Source: Vitrella brassicaformis CCMP3155
Lineage: Eukaryota; Protista; Chromerida
Reading direction: 5' to 3'
Length of the DNA: 64,000 bases
Assembly (NCBI GenBank): GCA_001179505.1
Contig: CDMY01000859.1
Location: 124,001-188,000 of the forward strand
A program made the position numbers and the translations under genes. The notes beneath the pieces were generated by a model. The model did not search any database, was not told the DNA's origin, and was given only the letters and a program-made list of their open reading frames with translations. Every line of letters begins with the position of its first letter. Positions within the stretch are counted from its first letter, which is position 1. Below are positions 1 to 13,200 of the stretch, one piece after another.

Positions 1-214
1 ACGTTCGGCCAGGAATTTGCGAGCTTTCTTGGCAAGTCGAAAGCGTCGGAAGGTGCATTTGGACAGAGATCTCTGAGTGCATTCTGTTGTTCGCGGTCGT
101 TGCTTTCGAACAGGCACGCCGCACATGAGGTGAATGCGAGAGATCTCGCCTGCCTTTCAGCATTTGAGCACCTCTGCATCTCGTCGGCACCGCTTCTCCT
201 CCCTCTGGGCCGCC

Positions 215-967
215 ATGTCATTCAGCCTCTGGCTTGAGGTACCCAGCACGCCATGAGCTTTTCCTTCACTTATCATCTATCCAATTTGCGCCATCGTCTG
301 TCGATTGATTTTCTGACAGGCACCACAAAGCCCTTTTGGTGACGCCATTCAACGACATGCAGGCGAATTGGGCACGCCTGAGTTCTCACCCCACGTCACA
401 CTGGTCAGCGGGGGACCGTATGCGTCTATCTGCGATGAATTCCTCTCCCTGTGTGTCAGATCGGTGGCGTCAAGCATCTTTCGTTGGAGGCTTTGCAAGA
501 CAAGTGCATGCGGCTGGCGGCCTCGTCGCGGCGTGCGACGCTCACCGTGACCGATGTTGACTACGGCGAGATGTTCTTTCAGTGCATCTATGCCCTGATC
601 AACAAGACCCAAGAGCTGACCGCCTTGCATGAAAACGCCAAGAAGGTGAGATGGGAGGGGATGGACACGGCGAGCGAGGCACCGCCAACGAACCTGCCTG
701 TTCTCATCGATATGGATGGATGGACGGATGCAGCTCTTGTACACGGACGAGGGCGTGGACTTCAAAGGGCCGAATGATGAGTACATGCCTCACCTGTCGC
801 TGGTATACGGCGAGCTGTCGAAGGAGGTCAAGGGGGAGCTGAGCGCCATCCTGAGCGAGGAGGTGCGAGGGAGTGAGTTCACCGTTGGCGCGATAGCCCT
901 GTACGAGACGGGGCCTGACATTCAGGACTGGAAGTGTATCGCGAGATATCCTCTCTTGAGCCAGTGA
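215..967 (+). CDS. 2H phosphoesterase / 2',3'-cyclic nucleotide phosphodiesterase (CPDase-like), 4 exons
   Basis: Spliced product MSFSLWLE|APQSPFGDAIQRHAGELGTPEFSPHVTL|IGGVKHL...ENAKK|LLYTDEGVDFKGPNDEYMPHLSLVYGELS...WKCIARYPLLSQ*. It has both H-x-T/S motifs (PHVTL, PHLSL) of the 2H family. First intron is 239-319 (GT..AG). In-frame upstream exons may extend the N-terminus off-window. Confidence 0.85.
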
Positions 968-1995
968 AGAGTGGGGTGAGGGAGGTTTTGCGTCGTCTGT
1001 TTAGTTGTTTGGTGTTCTCGTGCTTGGCGATCGATAAGCGACGACACACTTATTCATTCACGCAGACACGTGGATATGTATGTAATGGGTCAGTCAATCG
1101 CTGCATTGCATTGCATGTACGACGGTGTCATGATGCATTGGCAAGGGGGAACACGTGGCCAGACGGACGCAGAACTGCTCGACGCACACACAGCACGGTG
1201 CTGCAACCCCCTGCAGGCCTGCTATTCACACAAGTGCTTTGTACAAACCGCACAGACGTACAGCGACGGTAATCGTGTGTGTTGTGCCCGTGCCAGCATG
1301 TGTCGACCAGGAGATCGCCGAGAAGAAGCACTTGTCAGGGGAGGCGTGCTCCTCCTCCCCTTCCAAATGCTGCATGTCGGCGATCGGCAGGTCGACACAA
1401 CTGCTCGCCTCGATGCACTCACAACTCAACCAGAAAATGACACACTGTCTGAAGATACAGGAAACCGTGTGCGCCATTCTCCGATGCCTCTGCTGCATTT
1501 TTGGTCATTGTCGGTGGCTCTGTCTGGCAACCTCATTAGAGAGAGAGACGAGGCAGCCTCCAATGCTCCACTTACGAACAGCCCCCCCCACAAAGGCCAA
1601 GAGGAACGAGCGACTCTCTGCGACAAAAAGACCGACCCACGAGTGTCGGGGTGACACATGCAGAGACGAACGCTACAAGAGCAGTAGTCAGGTGAGGCAT
1701 ACAAAGATGCAGCTATGGTACAGAGCTGGCGCACGCACAGGCAGAGGGGCGGGCAGCGCAGCTAATTCGATGGATCGATGCACTCAGGTAGGTATGTAAG
1801 GCGAACGAGCTAACAACAAAACAAACAAGACCGCATCGATGCGCTGACGCGTCCGTCCGGCTGTACAAATCGATCCGTCAATGCGGCAGGCAGGCAGGCA
1901 GGCGAGTACGCAGCGCATGTTGCACATGACCACGCAGTAATGCAGGAATACAATACAACTGCACTGCGACAGAACCCCCGGCCCATATAGATCGC

Positions 1996-4900
1996 TCATG
2001 CAGGTTCCTGGGCCTTCTTGCGTTCCCGCATAGGCTGCGTGTCGGCCAGTGGCTTCTCGCGCACAACCGCGTCATACTCCGTCCCTGCACACGACCAAAG
2101 CGGCCACATACAAGGAGTCGACAATTCGTGGCTGTACTATGCGTGTTTGCGTACCTAGGAGGGCGACCTTGAGAGTGGTGTTGGGCTGGTGTACCCTTGA
2201 GTACCCGAACGCGATGCTCTTGCCCAGGGTGTGACCGTATCCACCTGCAAGACATGCACAGATGGATGAGGGACGTGATATGGCTGGCTGTTGTGGGCGT
2301 TCGTTGTGAGGTCGACACGCACCTGATGTGGTGTAGCCCACGAGTTCACCGTTGTGATAGAGGGGCTCATTGCCAACAGAGTCCACCCTGTCTGCATCGG
2401 TGCCCTGCACGTCCAGGTACACAAACATCTCACCAACTCCCCTGGACCTGCACACACGAGAGCCGCAGACACACACGGATCTTCAGATTGACGCTTTCAC
2501 ACGTGCTCATTCAGCTCACTTTTTCTGGAGCAGTGCGTCCTTTCCGATGAAGTCCTTGTCGAACTTGATGAAGGGGTCCATGCGTGCCTGCAGGGGCGAG
2601 TGGTCCCTCAGCATGTCCTTGCCGAACACCTTGAAGCCCTTCTCGAGCCGAAAAGAGTTCTGCGCGTACGCGCCGAAGTCCACCAGCTTCGGGTGATCCC
2701 TCTTGAGCAAATCGTACAAAGCAGCTGACGTGATGAACGGGGACACATGGCCATGTGGGGGCGCTCGCTGATGTCGTGGTGCACTGTGTGTGTACCTTGG
2801 TGTTCCTTGAGGTGGTGCAGCTCCCATCCGAGCTCGCCAGTGAACGACACCCGAATGGCGCGGACGGGGACGCCACCTGCACGCAAATACAACAGACAGG
2901 TAGGGCTGTGTCGAATGCCGTTTCGGCGTGCGTGTGGGTGTGTGCGTGTGCTCACCGAGTGTGTCCTCTTTGCATTGCATGAACTTGAAGTTGGCGGCGT
3001 CGAAGGCCTCGGGGTGGTCGGCGACACTCTGCAACACCTCCCTGGACTTGGGGCCGACCACAGCTGCATACAGACATTCATACAGCAAGTGGTAACCAGT
3101 GCAAGGACATCATGATTGTCACAGCTCTTACCGAGGACGCACATATTGTCCGTGACGCTCTCGATCCGCAGGTCTGCAGGCAGGCATGGTTAGAACACCA
3201 CACGCCGCCTCAGCTATTATGCGGATGTCTAGGTGCGGATCCATGCTTACCTTTTTCGCATTTGAGTCGGTCGGCTTGTGTCTGCAGCCACCTCAGGTCA
3301 TGGCCCTCGGCGTCGCTGCCAGAGATGAGGTAGAAGGACGTCTCGCCCGTACGCACACACGTCACCTCGCTGTGGATCTTGCCCTGAAGGCATGGCAGGC
3401 GCATCAATTAGATGGATGTACGGTGTCGAACTGTCAGTCAGTACCTTGGGCGTGATCATGTGGCTGAGGTTGCCCCTGCCCTCCTTGGGCAGCCGATTGG
3501 CCAGCACCTTGTCCAGGAAGGCAGCTGCACCGCGGCCCTCGACGACAAACTTGGCAAACGCGCTCACGTCAGCTATGCCTGAATGACGGACGACAGAGAA
3601 GATGGGTGGCCGCATTCTTCTCTTGGTGTCATTCTGTCATTTCGCCTCTCACCAGCGTAGGCGTTGATGCCCTGCACTTCCCGTGCGACTGCCTCGTGCC
3701 TGCAACAAAAACGCCGCATGTGCATTTGATGCTGCTTCCGCCGTGTGTGGTCTTTTCGCTTAACCAGTTAGTTCGGCGGAAGGATGGCTCGTAGTTGTGT
3801 CCCTCCTGCGTGTCGAACCAGTTGGGCGTCTCCCACCCGCTGTGGAAACCAAACTGGGCACCCTGCTTCTTCAGACGCTGCACCAACACACACAGACAAA
3901 CACAGATGAGGCATTTTGCCTTCCAGTGTCTTGTCTTGTGCGTCGACGTGACTGACCTCGTAGATGGGTGTGGTGCGCTCGGGCAGAGGCCTCCCGGCCA
4001 TGCGCTCCTCATTGGGATAGACAATGATGTTGTTGAAGCCGTACGTCTCGCGAATCTTGGCGTCGGTGAAGGCAGGCGTCGTCCTGACACGGAGGGAGGG
4101 ACAAAGACAGACAGCAACAGGTGGGCCACAATACTGCTCCTCTGTCCTTGGCTTGCTTACCAGTCGCCATATCGAGTGGGGTCGGTCTCGAACAGCTGCA
4201 GGACAATGACAAGCCCATGCGCAACCAGCCCCTTGTCTGCACGTGATATACCCTGTGTGTGCATACTGACTGACCTCGTATGGCGGCTCGCCCTGCAGGA
4301 TCCAGTCGACCAGGTACTTGCCGGCACCGGGGCCGTGTGCGATGCCGTAGCTGAAGCCACAGGCCGCATAGTAGTTTTTCTTATTGGGAACCTGCACGAC
4401 ACAATCAACCGTGACTCATGCGCCTTTTGCTGTCTCGGTGCGGTTGTGATGCGTTGCGTTGCGTACCGGTCCGAGGAGAGCGTTGCCGTCGGGTGGCCAT
4501 GATACGGGGCCGTTGACAATGGCCTTGATGCCGGCCGTCTCGACCACCGGCACCAGCTCGGTGGCCCTCTCGATGTGCGGCAGCAGCCGGTCAAGGTCAC
4601 CAGGGAACAGCTCGGACGCGAAGTCCTTCGGCGGCCCCTCCTTCCATTCCCGATCCATCGCCATGCACATGCTCTCCTTGCTCTCGTACGGACTGACAGG
4701 ACAGACACACGAAGGGGAGAGAGACGACAGATGGTTGGACATCAGCAGCAAAGCAGATTCTCCCACTGCACGTACCCGATGAGGATGCCGTCACGCTCCT
4801 GGCGGAGGTAGTACGATCCTGAAGCCGACAAGACATCCATGGATCTTGCTGTCCTGTGCATCTTTGTCGTTGGGTCAAGGACTCACCAACAAGGTCTCTG

Positions 4901-6538
4901 AGGACGGGCAGTTGGTGTCCGGTGGTCTTCTGGTACTCAACCACCTCAGGGATGCTCTCGGTGATGAGATACTGGTGCTGGATATGCTTCAACGGGTGGT
5001 ACACATCCGCCATGTCCGCCACTCGGTCAGCCCACAAACCACCTGAGCAGCAGATAGAAAGAAAGTGACCCATCCGCCGTGTGCAATTGTGTTTCGTTTT
5101 TCGTGTTGGAGGACCGACCGGCATTGATGATAAAGTCGGCTTTGACGACGTGTTTGTCAACGATGTCCCCGCCGCTGCCGCTGAGGAAGTTCACGGTGAC
5201 GTCCCACTGGCCGTTGGGCAGCTGGTCGAGATCCACCACTTCAGCATGCTTGAAAATGGTACCTGATACAACACATACACATACACACACACACACACAC
5301 GAAGCAGGAAGCATCAATAGCTCGCATGTCAGTGGTCGTGTCTGTGAGTGGCTGAGTGAGTGAGTGACTTGACTGACCTCCCATGGCCCTGGCCTCTTCA
5401 GCGAATTTGTTGGTGAAGCTGGACGGGTCGATGTGGCCGTCGCCGGGGTTGTAGACACCCGCCACCACGCCATCGAGCTTGCACAGGGGATGGAGCCGCC
5501 TGACCTCATCGGGGCTGATCAGGTGCTGGTCCTGATGACAGCAAGACGGTGCAGAGGGCCGCAAGAGAGCCATGGTGGTGGATGGATGGATGGATGGATG
5601 GATGGGGTGCATGAGCGTTCTCCTGTCTGTCTGACCTGGTGCCATATCTTGCTCTTGCCCATCTGGTATTGCGTCTCGTCCATCCTATCGCCGGCCTCCA
5701 GCAGCCGAATGCTCCCAGCTGATGGATCCACACAAGGAATACCATTGTGCAGCCATGTCATTGACCAAGTATGAGCGTCTTACTCTCGTGGAAACCGAGT
5801 GGCGTGCCTTCGCTCTGCCATTTCTTGGCCATTTGCTGCACACAGACACACACCGGACAGCCCCTCATTCAGCCACAGGTCTGCTGCTGAGTGCTGCCTT
5901 GTCTGTCTGTCTGTCTGTCCTGCTGACCACTCCATATTTGTGCCAGTTTCTGAGGTTGTTGCCCCCATGATAGTACTGAGCGAACGACACACACCAGGGC
6001 ACAGACACGACACGTATCCAGATGCACACCACGCCCCATGAGTGGCGTCTTTGTGTGTTGACCCTTACCGTCACTAGTCCGGCTGCGTGCCAGGTCGACC
6101 CTACACCATACAAACGCACAACACACACAGAAGGACGAATCAACATCGCTCACCAAAGGGTCACTCCAGACTCCTCTCCCCTACCTGCCGTCAGTTCGGC
6201 CTTCTCAAACAGCACTGCATCCGTGACCCCAGCCAAACCAAGATGATACAACGTAGATGCACCTGACATGACACACCCAGCAAAAGCGAGTCACATGCCC
6301 TCCATCCCACCCCCCTCATGTGTGGCTTCTCCTCACCTACAACGCCCCCTCCGATGATGCACGCCGAGTACTGCCGTGCTGGCGCCTTCCTGTCCGTCGC
6401 AAACCCACGAGTAGTGCATGCCGCTCTGCAGCTGCGGTCACTGTAGAGGGAGCTGACTCCGCCCGATGCAGCCGGCAAAGCGGTGCGAACGAGGGACGAC
6501 TGACACTGGCGCGCGAACGGGATCACCACGGACTGCAT
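1996..6538 (-). CDS. DMGDH: Mitochondrial dimethylglycine dehydrogenase (FAD-dependent DAO + GcvT folate-binding domains), many exons
   Basis: Arg/Ser-rich presequence, then ACIIGGGVV (FAD dinucleotide-binding). Motifs: GSTWHAAGL (covalent-FAD His), VNGPVSWPPDGNALLGP, GFSYGIAHGPGAGKYL, IRETYGFNNIIVYPNEERMAGRP, FHSGWETPNWF, VSFTGELGWELH, NSFRLEKGF, VGYTTSG.GYGHTLGKSIAFGY. Last exon ends ...RERKKAQEPA* (stop 1996-1998). Confidence 0.9.
5581..5604. repeat. Representative intronic tetranucleotide microsatellite (GATG)6
   Basis: Seen directly. Similar (GATG)n, (GTCT)n/(CAGA)n, (CA)n and (TGAC)n arrays occur in many introns of the window, e.g. 7242-7250, 51546-51570 and 56783-56803. Confidence 0.9.
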
Positions 6539-6981
6539 GATCTAGGACAGTGATGGGGGTGACTCACGCGGAGAGATCGGGCGGAGAAAACGCGAGGGCT
6601 CCGGTCGAGAGTTGGAACCTCGGAGCAATCACAATACACGTAAGGCTGTAAGCAGAATCACCCCTTCCCCCTCTTCCTCCCTCTCCTCGGAAGATGCGAG
6701 CTCAAACGATGCGGATCTCGCAGAGGACACAGGCAAAATTCGAAAATCGACTACATCGGAAAAGTGTTCAACCATCCAACCGTACGCGCGCGGAATCTGG
6801 AAATGTCATCCATCCAGTCGTCCATCCATGTACTGTGCCGCTCTATATGTGGTCCCCTCCTGGCTTCTCCCTCCCTCCCTCCCTCTCGTGCCTGCTTCTT
6901 CTCATATGGACCGAAGAAGAAGTCAACCAACCAGTCGGAGAGAAAACAAGGGAAGTCGCTAATCCCTGTATTACTCTCCTT

Positions 6982-8800
6982 CTATCCCTCTGCCCCTCCC
7001 TCTGTCGGCTTGTGCTTGGCCCCCACCTCCGCCTCGTCCTCTTGTTTCACGCGGCGCTTCTTGTTCTCATCCTCTGGTTGCTGCTGCTCAGGCTTGCGTC
7101 TCTTCTCCTTCTTCAGCTCCTTACGCCTGTCCTTCCGCCGCTGGCGGGCGCCGATCTCCATGATGCCCCGACCACTCATCTTGACCACCAACGAGTCCTG
7201 CACATGATGTGCACACCCACAATGAATGGATGAATGGATGGATGGATGGATGTATGCTGCTGTCGCCACATATGTCTGTCGTGCCTGCCTGTTGCATGGC
7301 ATGCATACCAAGGCGGTGTAGTGCGTGATGTTGTTGTTCCGCCTGATGTAGTTCTGCGGGGCCCCGCGCGCGTCGACCCCATTGCACTGCCTGTAGTCCT
7401 CCGGGTACTCAATCGCACCTTCCATCCACCTGTACTCATGCAATAAACGCATCAACACAGACAGCCAGGTAAGCAGACAGGCAGACAGGCAGCCATCCAT
7501 CCCTTTGTGTGCGGTGTGGGGGGTGCGTGGGTGGTTGGTTCCCACCCTCCTCACCCTCTACAGTCGTCTATGAGTCTCTCGAGGTCGGCCAGTCCGTCGG
7601 CCAAGTCCTGGCGCGTCACAACTTGACCCTTGCTGCTAGGCTCCACGTGAATGGGGATGAACATCTCCTGCACGCACAGACACACAGACAGACAGACAGA
7701 CAGACAGGCAGCACACATTCGAGCAACGGCCACCCGCATATGCCCTTTGGTACGTCTGTGCGTGGTGTGGTACCCGTCGGATGTTGCTCTCGTACTGGAC
7801 CAGGACCGTCCAGCCGGCCGAAAACGCCGAAAAAGCCGCCGAAACCGATGAACCCGAGATCTTGAGTCTGATGGATGGCGCCACCGCCACACACACACGG
7901 TGCGCAGCCTCTATCCATATGGTTACTTGGACAGGAGCTGAAAGCGAAACATGGAGTTCTGGTCGGGGATGAGCACGCCCTCGCTGGCGCCGCCCCTGCG
8001 CCACTGCACACACACACATACACATACACACACACAATGTGTATGCATCGTGTGTGTGCATCTGATTGACGTCCACGATGACCTGACCTTGATGGCGTTG
8101 AACTGCGCTTTGAAGAACTCTTGCAGCACATACAGGTGAAGCGCTTTGATGCAGGCCGGCTCCTCACGATACGCATGGCCGCCCTTCTCGTGCGTGTGCT
8201 TGACCCAAACTGACCGCGCACACACACACATCCTCGCCTCAGACACAGTATGTTGCTTTGTGTGTGCTGGCTGCTTTACCTACCTTCAGGACCGAAGTCA
8301 TTGATGTCGTCGCACTGGTCTGGCGGGGGGTCGAGGGGGTCCAGCTCGTCATCGGCCGCTGGGATCGCCTCACCGCCCTCACCACCTGCAAGCACACAGA
8401 CAGACGAGAGATGGGCTGCCTGCATTCATCCCACGCCCCTTTCCCACCCATACCCATTAGCCCGTCCGCATCGTAGCTGTCACCCTCTACCTTGACCTTG
8501 ACCCCATCACACACCCCTCCACTCCCCAGAGCAGCACCAGCATCACCACGGCCGAACACAGACGGCTCCCCCTCCATCTGCACCCGGTCTTCCTGCGGCT
8601 CCTGCTTGACCACCACCGTCTGCATCGGTGGCACCTCGCCCTCCTCCTCGGTCTTCAGGCACTTGACCACCCAATCGCCCGAAGGGTTGGCGGGTGAGCC
8701 AGGCGGCACGAACCGGACGTTGAGAGGAGGTGAGATGGGCGGACGGTGGTGGTCGTGGGCGTGTGCGTGCATTCCATTCGTGTCCATCCGCACTGGTCAC
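6982..8800 (-). CDS. Hypothetical multi-exon protein with basic (NLS-like) C-terminal tail; 5' end unresolved
   Basis: Coding-like exons separated by microsatellite introns: PLNVRFVPPGSPANPSGDWVVKCLK, VWVKHTHEKGGHAYREEPACIKALHLYVLQEFFKAQFNAIK, MFIPIHVEPSSKGQVVTRQDLADG, GAIEYPEDYRQCNG, ARQRRKDRRKELKKEKRRK...GAEG*. No family recognised. Confidence 0.5.
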
Positions 8801-9096
8801 GTTGCAGCGCTCCAACTGAGGCCGCCGGGCGCTCCAAATGATGGATGAATCAGCCCAAATTATCCACAAATATGTGGGACTCTTTCCGCCCTCCTCGCGT
8901 GCGGAGAAGAAAGCTGCGTGATGGGCAACAGCCCCTCCTCTCCTCCAAGCGAGCTCGCGAAGGAATGCGAGCCAAAAACCGCCGCCCGTCCATGGGTGAG
9001 GAAATTGCAGATCAGTGAACACGACCGTCGAGGAGCACCACCTACGCCATTCGCTGCTTTCTGATCCATATTGCAGTGGCAGCGGTGTGTTTATGT

Positions 9097-9663
9097 ATGT
9101 CCGGGCGGATCTCCTCACGGCGCCTTGAGACGCTCTCCCGTCAGCTGAGCCCTCGTCAGAGGATGGCGGACCCCTGCCCCATCACCACCCATGTGCTGGA
9201 CACCAGCTCCGGCATGCCGGCGTCAAATCTGATGATCAGGCTAGAGAAGAAGGACGAGGCGTCGGGCGAATGGCATCCGCTCAAAACCATGAGGACAAAC
9301 AACGACGGTGAGAGAGAAATGCCGGCGGAGTGAGTGGCGCATTCAGATCTGTGCCTGTCATGATCTCTCAGGTCGGTGTCCAGGCTTCACTCAAGGCCAC
9401 AAGGTGAGAGATGAAGGCTCTGCAGAGAGATGGCGACAGTCGTGAATGACGCTCTCTCTCTCTGTGTTGCGGTGTCCCTTGTGCAGCTCGAAAATTGTCT
9501 CTATCGAATCACTTTTGAGACTGCCGATTACTTCCGGCAGCAGGGGAAGCCGTGTTTCTACCCCGAGGTGGTCATCACCTTCCTGGTGGAGTACCCCGAG
9601 CAGCACTATCACGTGCCCATCATACTGGGGCCTTACGGCTACTCCACTTATAGAGGCTCTTAG
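9097..9663 (+). CDS. uraH: 5-hydroxyisourate hydrolase (transthyretin-like) with N-terminal PTS2, 3 exons
   Basis: MSGRISSRRLETLSRQL...MADPCPITTHVLDTSSGMPA...TNNDG|RCPGF...|LENCLYRITFETADYF...CFYPEVVITF...HYHVPIILGPYGYSTYRGS*. Contains the diagnostic HVLD, catalytic DGR and C-terminal YRGS motifs. Confidence 0.95.
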
Positions 9664-10260
9664 CACTCACTCATTGCATGTGGTGCGTGTGTGTGATGTG
9701 TGACAAGAGGAGTTTTCGCTGATTCTCCGTCCTGCGCGATGTTTGATGCGTGACTGACTTTACGATTGAACGATCTTCTGACTCTTCCCTGTGTTTGTGA
9801 ATCGGTCCCGAGCGTCCAGAAACTAGCCGTCCCCCTCCCCATCAGTATCTGCACTCCGATATAAGACGACACACACGCACCCTAACAGACAGGGAGAGAG
9901 CGCATGTGCGAGGGAGAATCGCACACAGTCCACTGCCTGCAGTGCGGCAGAAGGGCTCAAAAAGGTGGCCCTTTACCGCACCACAGAAGCGCACACACAC
10001 ACACACACACACGCCCAGACGATTGTGGTCCAGCTCGCCACACACGTACACGCCAAAAAGAGATAGATGACCTACAGCGACAAAATGTGACGCCAAAACG
10101 TCAAAACTGCCCCTGGATCGGATCCACCACTACCGACTGACTGACTGACTGACTGAGTTACTGCATGGAAGGCTCGAGAGGGTCGAAAAAGGGATCCTCT
10201 CGGCTCCCACACACGCATGTACCCTCACGTACTCGACACATAGGCCTTAAGCCGCTCAGC

Positions 10261-13200
10261 TCACCAATTCAGCTTGCCCCCACATGCCCCTTCCTGCTGC
10301 TGCTGGGTGCCGCACTTGCCGCCATCCTCGCCGAAGGTATCGAGGATCTTGGGCGACCCGCCGCCGCTCTGGGGATTGGACTCGCCACCCGTCACGCGCC
10401 ACCTGGACACACAGAAGTGGACAGCACACGTACGTGTGTTTGTTGTATGCTGGCTGACTGACGCACCTTGATGTAGCGAGCGCCTTGTCGAGCTCCTGTG
10501 TGGGCGGCAGGTGTAGCGACACACGACCACCCTGCACACAGGCACACAGACAGGTTCGCTGGTTGCATTGACGACCACATGCAGTGTATCTCTGTTCTCA
10601 CGTCGATCTTGACATCGAAGGCAGCGATTTTGTATGGGTCGCCGGAAAGGCACGCGCCCGTCTCGAGTGAGAAGGTCTTCTTGTGGAAGGGACACGCCAC
10701 CTTCGGCTCGCCCTGGTGCTCACCTTCACACAGACAGACAGACAGTGTCCGGCAGATGTGTTCAACGATTGCTTGCGCACCGATGAGTCCCCTGGAGAGC
10801 ACGAATGCGCGTTTGTGCGGGCACATATTCTGTGTGGCGAACCACCGGTCGCCCTCATCGCCCTTGCTGACCCGAAACACCGCCAGCTGCGTGTCGCCCA
10901 CCTTCACCGCAGCACCTGACACAGCCAGCCACCAATGTACACCAATCCGATGCGTGGGCGGTTGTGTGTGCTCATGCCGACCTCCATTGAGGGGGAAGTC
11001 GTCCACGGTGCCGACGTCGGTCCACTGCCACTGCTTGACGTCGGTCGAGGTGTCTTTGGATACCTCGGCCTCCCACGGGCCCGTCTCTGGCCATGGGACG
11101 GGGTAGCTCTGGCCGCGAACGGACTGATCGGACATGCCTGAAGATAGTGACAGCACACGTGTTCGCACGGAAGTCGGCTGTTTGTTTTGTGCTGACCTTG
11201 GTCCTTGTCTGTGGTGTTGGCGAACTGCGAGAAGCGGGCCCTGAGCTTGGGATTGTCGACCACCTCTTTCCACTCGCACTTGTACGTATCACTGCAATCA
11301 ATGCATGGAAGGCGTGATAGACAGACAAGTGGGTGGATGCTCTCGTCCACCCTATCTTCCGAGCTCACGTACATGACGTATTCCATGCGCTGTTCCAGCT
11401 CCTCGGCGAGCCCAAGTTTGTCGTCAATGACCACCTGCTTGAGGTGATCGAGGCCGCCCTCCAGATTCTCCAGCCACGGCGCCGTCCGCTGCAACGGGTC
11501 AGCCTGGCCAGCACCACACACAGAGGTAGAGGGATGAACGAGAGGTGGGTGGGTGTGGGCATCTATCTGCTGTACTGACCGACCGTGTAGATGTAGAACA
11601 TGAGAAAGCGGTCGAGGTACTTGATGGCCGTGGCCTCGTCCACATCACTCGCCAGGAGCTTCGCGTGGGCAGGACGGGCGCCGCCGTTGCCACATACGTA
11701 CAGATTGTACCTGCTCACACACACACACGGAGAGAGAGAGAGAGATGCACACACGAGAGATCGACAGTGTGGATGAAGGCACGCACCCTTTGTCAGTGGC
11801 GATGAGTCCGAAGTCCTTGCCCTGCGCCTCCGCACACTCCCTCACGCACCCACTCACGCCGCCCTTGAGCTTGTGTGGGGACCGCAGACCCTTGTACCGA
11901 TTCTCGAGCAAAATGGCCTTTAGCACACAGACGGAGAAAGGGTCCATGCCATCAATGCTGCTGATATGGGGTGCCCATCCATCCATGCCCCTCCCTCCCT
12001 CCCTCCCTTACCATTCCGACAGAGTCCTGCTGGCCATATCGGCACCAGGTCGACCCCACGCAGCTCTTGACCGTCCTCAGCGACTTGGCATATGCATGGC
12101 CGCTCTCGAACCCCGCATCCACGAGCTCCTCCCATATCTGCGGCAGGTCCTGCACCGCCGCCCCGAACAGGTCGATTCTCTGGCCACCGGTGATCTTGGT
12201 GTACAGGCCGTACTTGACGCCCACATCAGCAATGACACGGAGGCCCGCTGGCGTGATCTCTCCCCCCGGGATGCGTGGGATGACGCTGTAGGTGCCCGAC
12301 CGCTGGATGTTGGCCAGGAACCGGTCGTTGGTGTCCTGCAGAACGTCGCGGCTGCTCGCGAGGATGTGCTCGTTCCACAGCGATGCCAGGATGGAGGCAA
12401 TGGCTGGCTTGCACGTCTCGCAACCCTGGACATCGCAGCGATGGGATGACTTATGCGACTGATGTGTTGCTGTTTTCGCGTTTCACTCACCTTGGGGTCG
12501 CCTTTGCCGACGTGGTCGAAGATCTCCTTGTACGATTTGAGCCCCTTGATCTTAACGACGTCGAACAGCTGCTTCCTGGTCAGCGGGAAGTGAGAACAGA
12601 TGCCGCTGAACGCATCCTTACCTGACGGGTGGCACATGCACAGTAAAATCTTGACGCACGAATATCCTCTCTCCCTCGTCCACGCACCCATTTTCTTGAG
12701 GGCGTCGGCAAGGATCTTCTTTACGGGGCCGGTGACAATGCATCCGCCGCACCCCGTGCCGCACTTGGTGGTCTTCTTGAGCTGCTCCAGAGTGCTCACA
12801 CCCTTGTCCTTCACTGCCGAATCGATGTCGCCCTTGGTGATGCCGAAACAGGTGCACACCACATCAGCGTCGTCCAACCTGACACAGAGTGCAGAGAGTG
12901 CTCACCCACATCGTACTGACTGGTGTCCATTCGCCCTTCCCCATTGCACTCTCTCTCTCCCTCTCTCTCTCTCCCTGTGTGTGTGTGTGTCCGTTGGCCC
13001 ACCCGCCATCGGTCTTCTTCTCTCCCGCCCCTCCAAAGCCCATGAGCTCGGCTGGCGACTTGCCGTTGAGGTGACCCCTCTTGGCTGCCGACAGCAGCCG
13101 TGTGTAGTCGGACACATCGCCCACGAGCATGCCACCGAGCAGGAAATCTCCTGTCGGGTTGAAGACGAGCTTCTTGTAGTGCCCAAGGAAGGGATCCGCC

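Noticed and set aside
1070-1799. 194-aa and 214-aa ORFs between CPDase and DMGDH
   Set aside because: No recognisable motifs or consistent splice pattern. Probably overlapping 3' UTRs of convergent genes.
1996-6538. Glycine cleavage T protein or sarcosine dehydrogenase
   Set aside because: The N-terminal FAD oxidase domain excludes stand-alone GcvT, and ETYGFNN/EERxAGRP motifs fit DMGDH better than SARDH.
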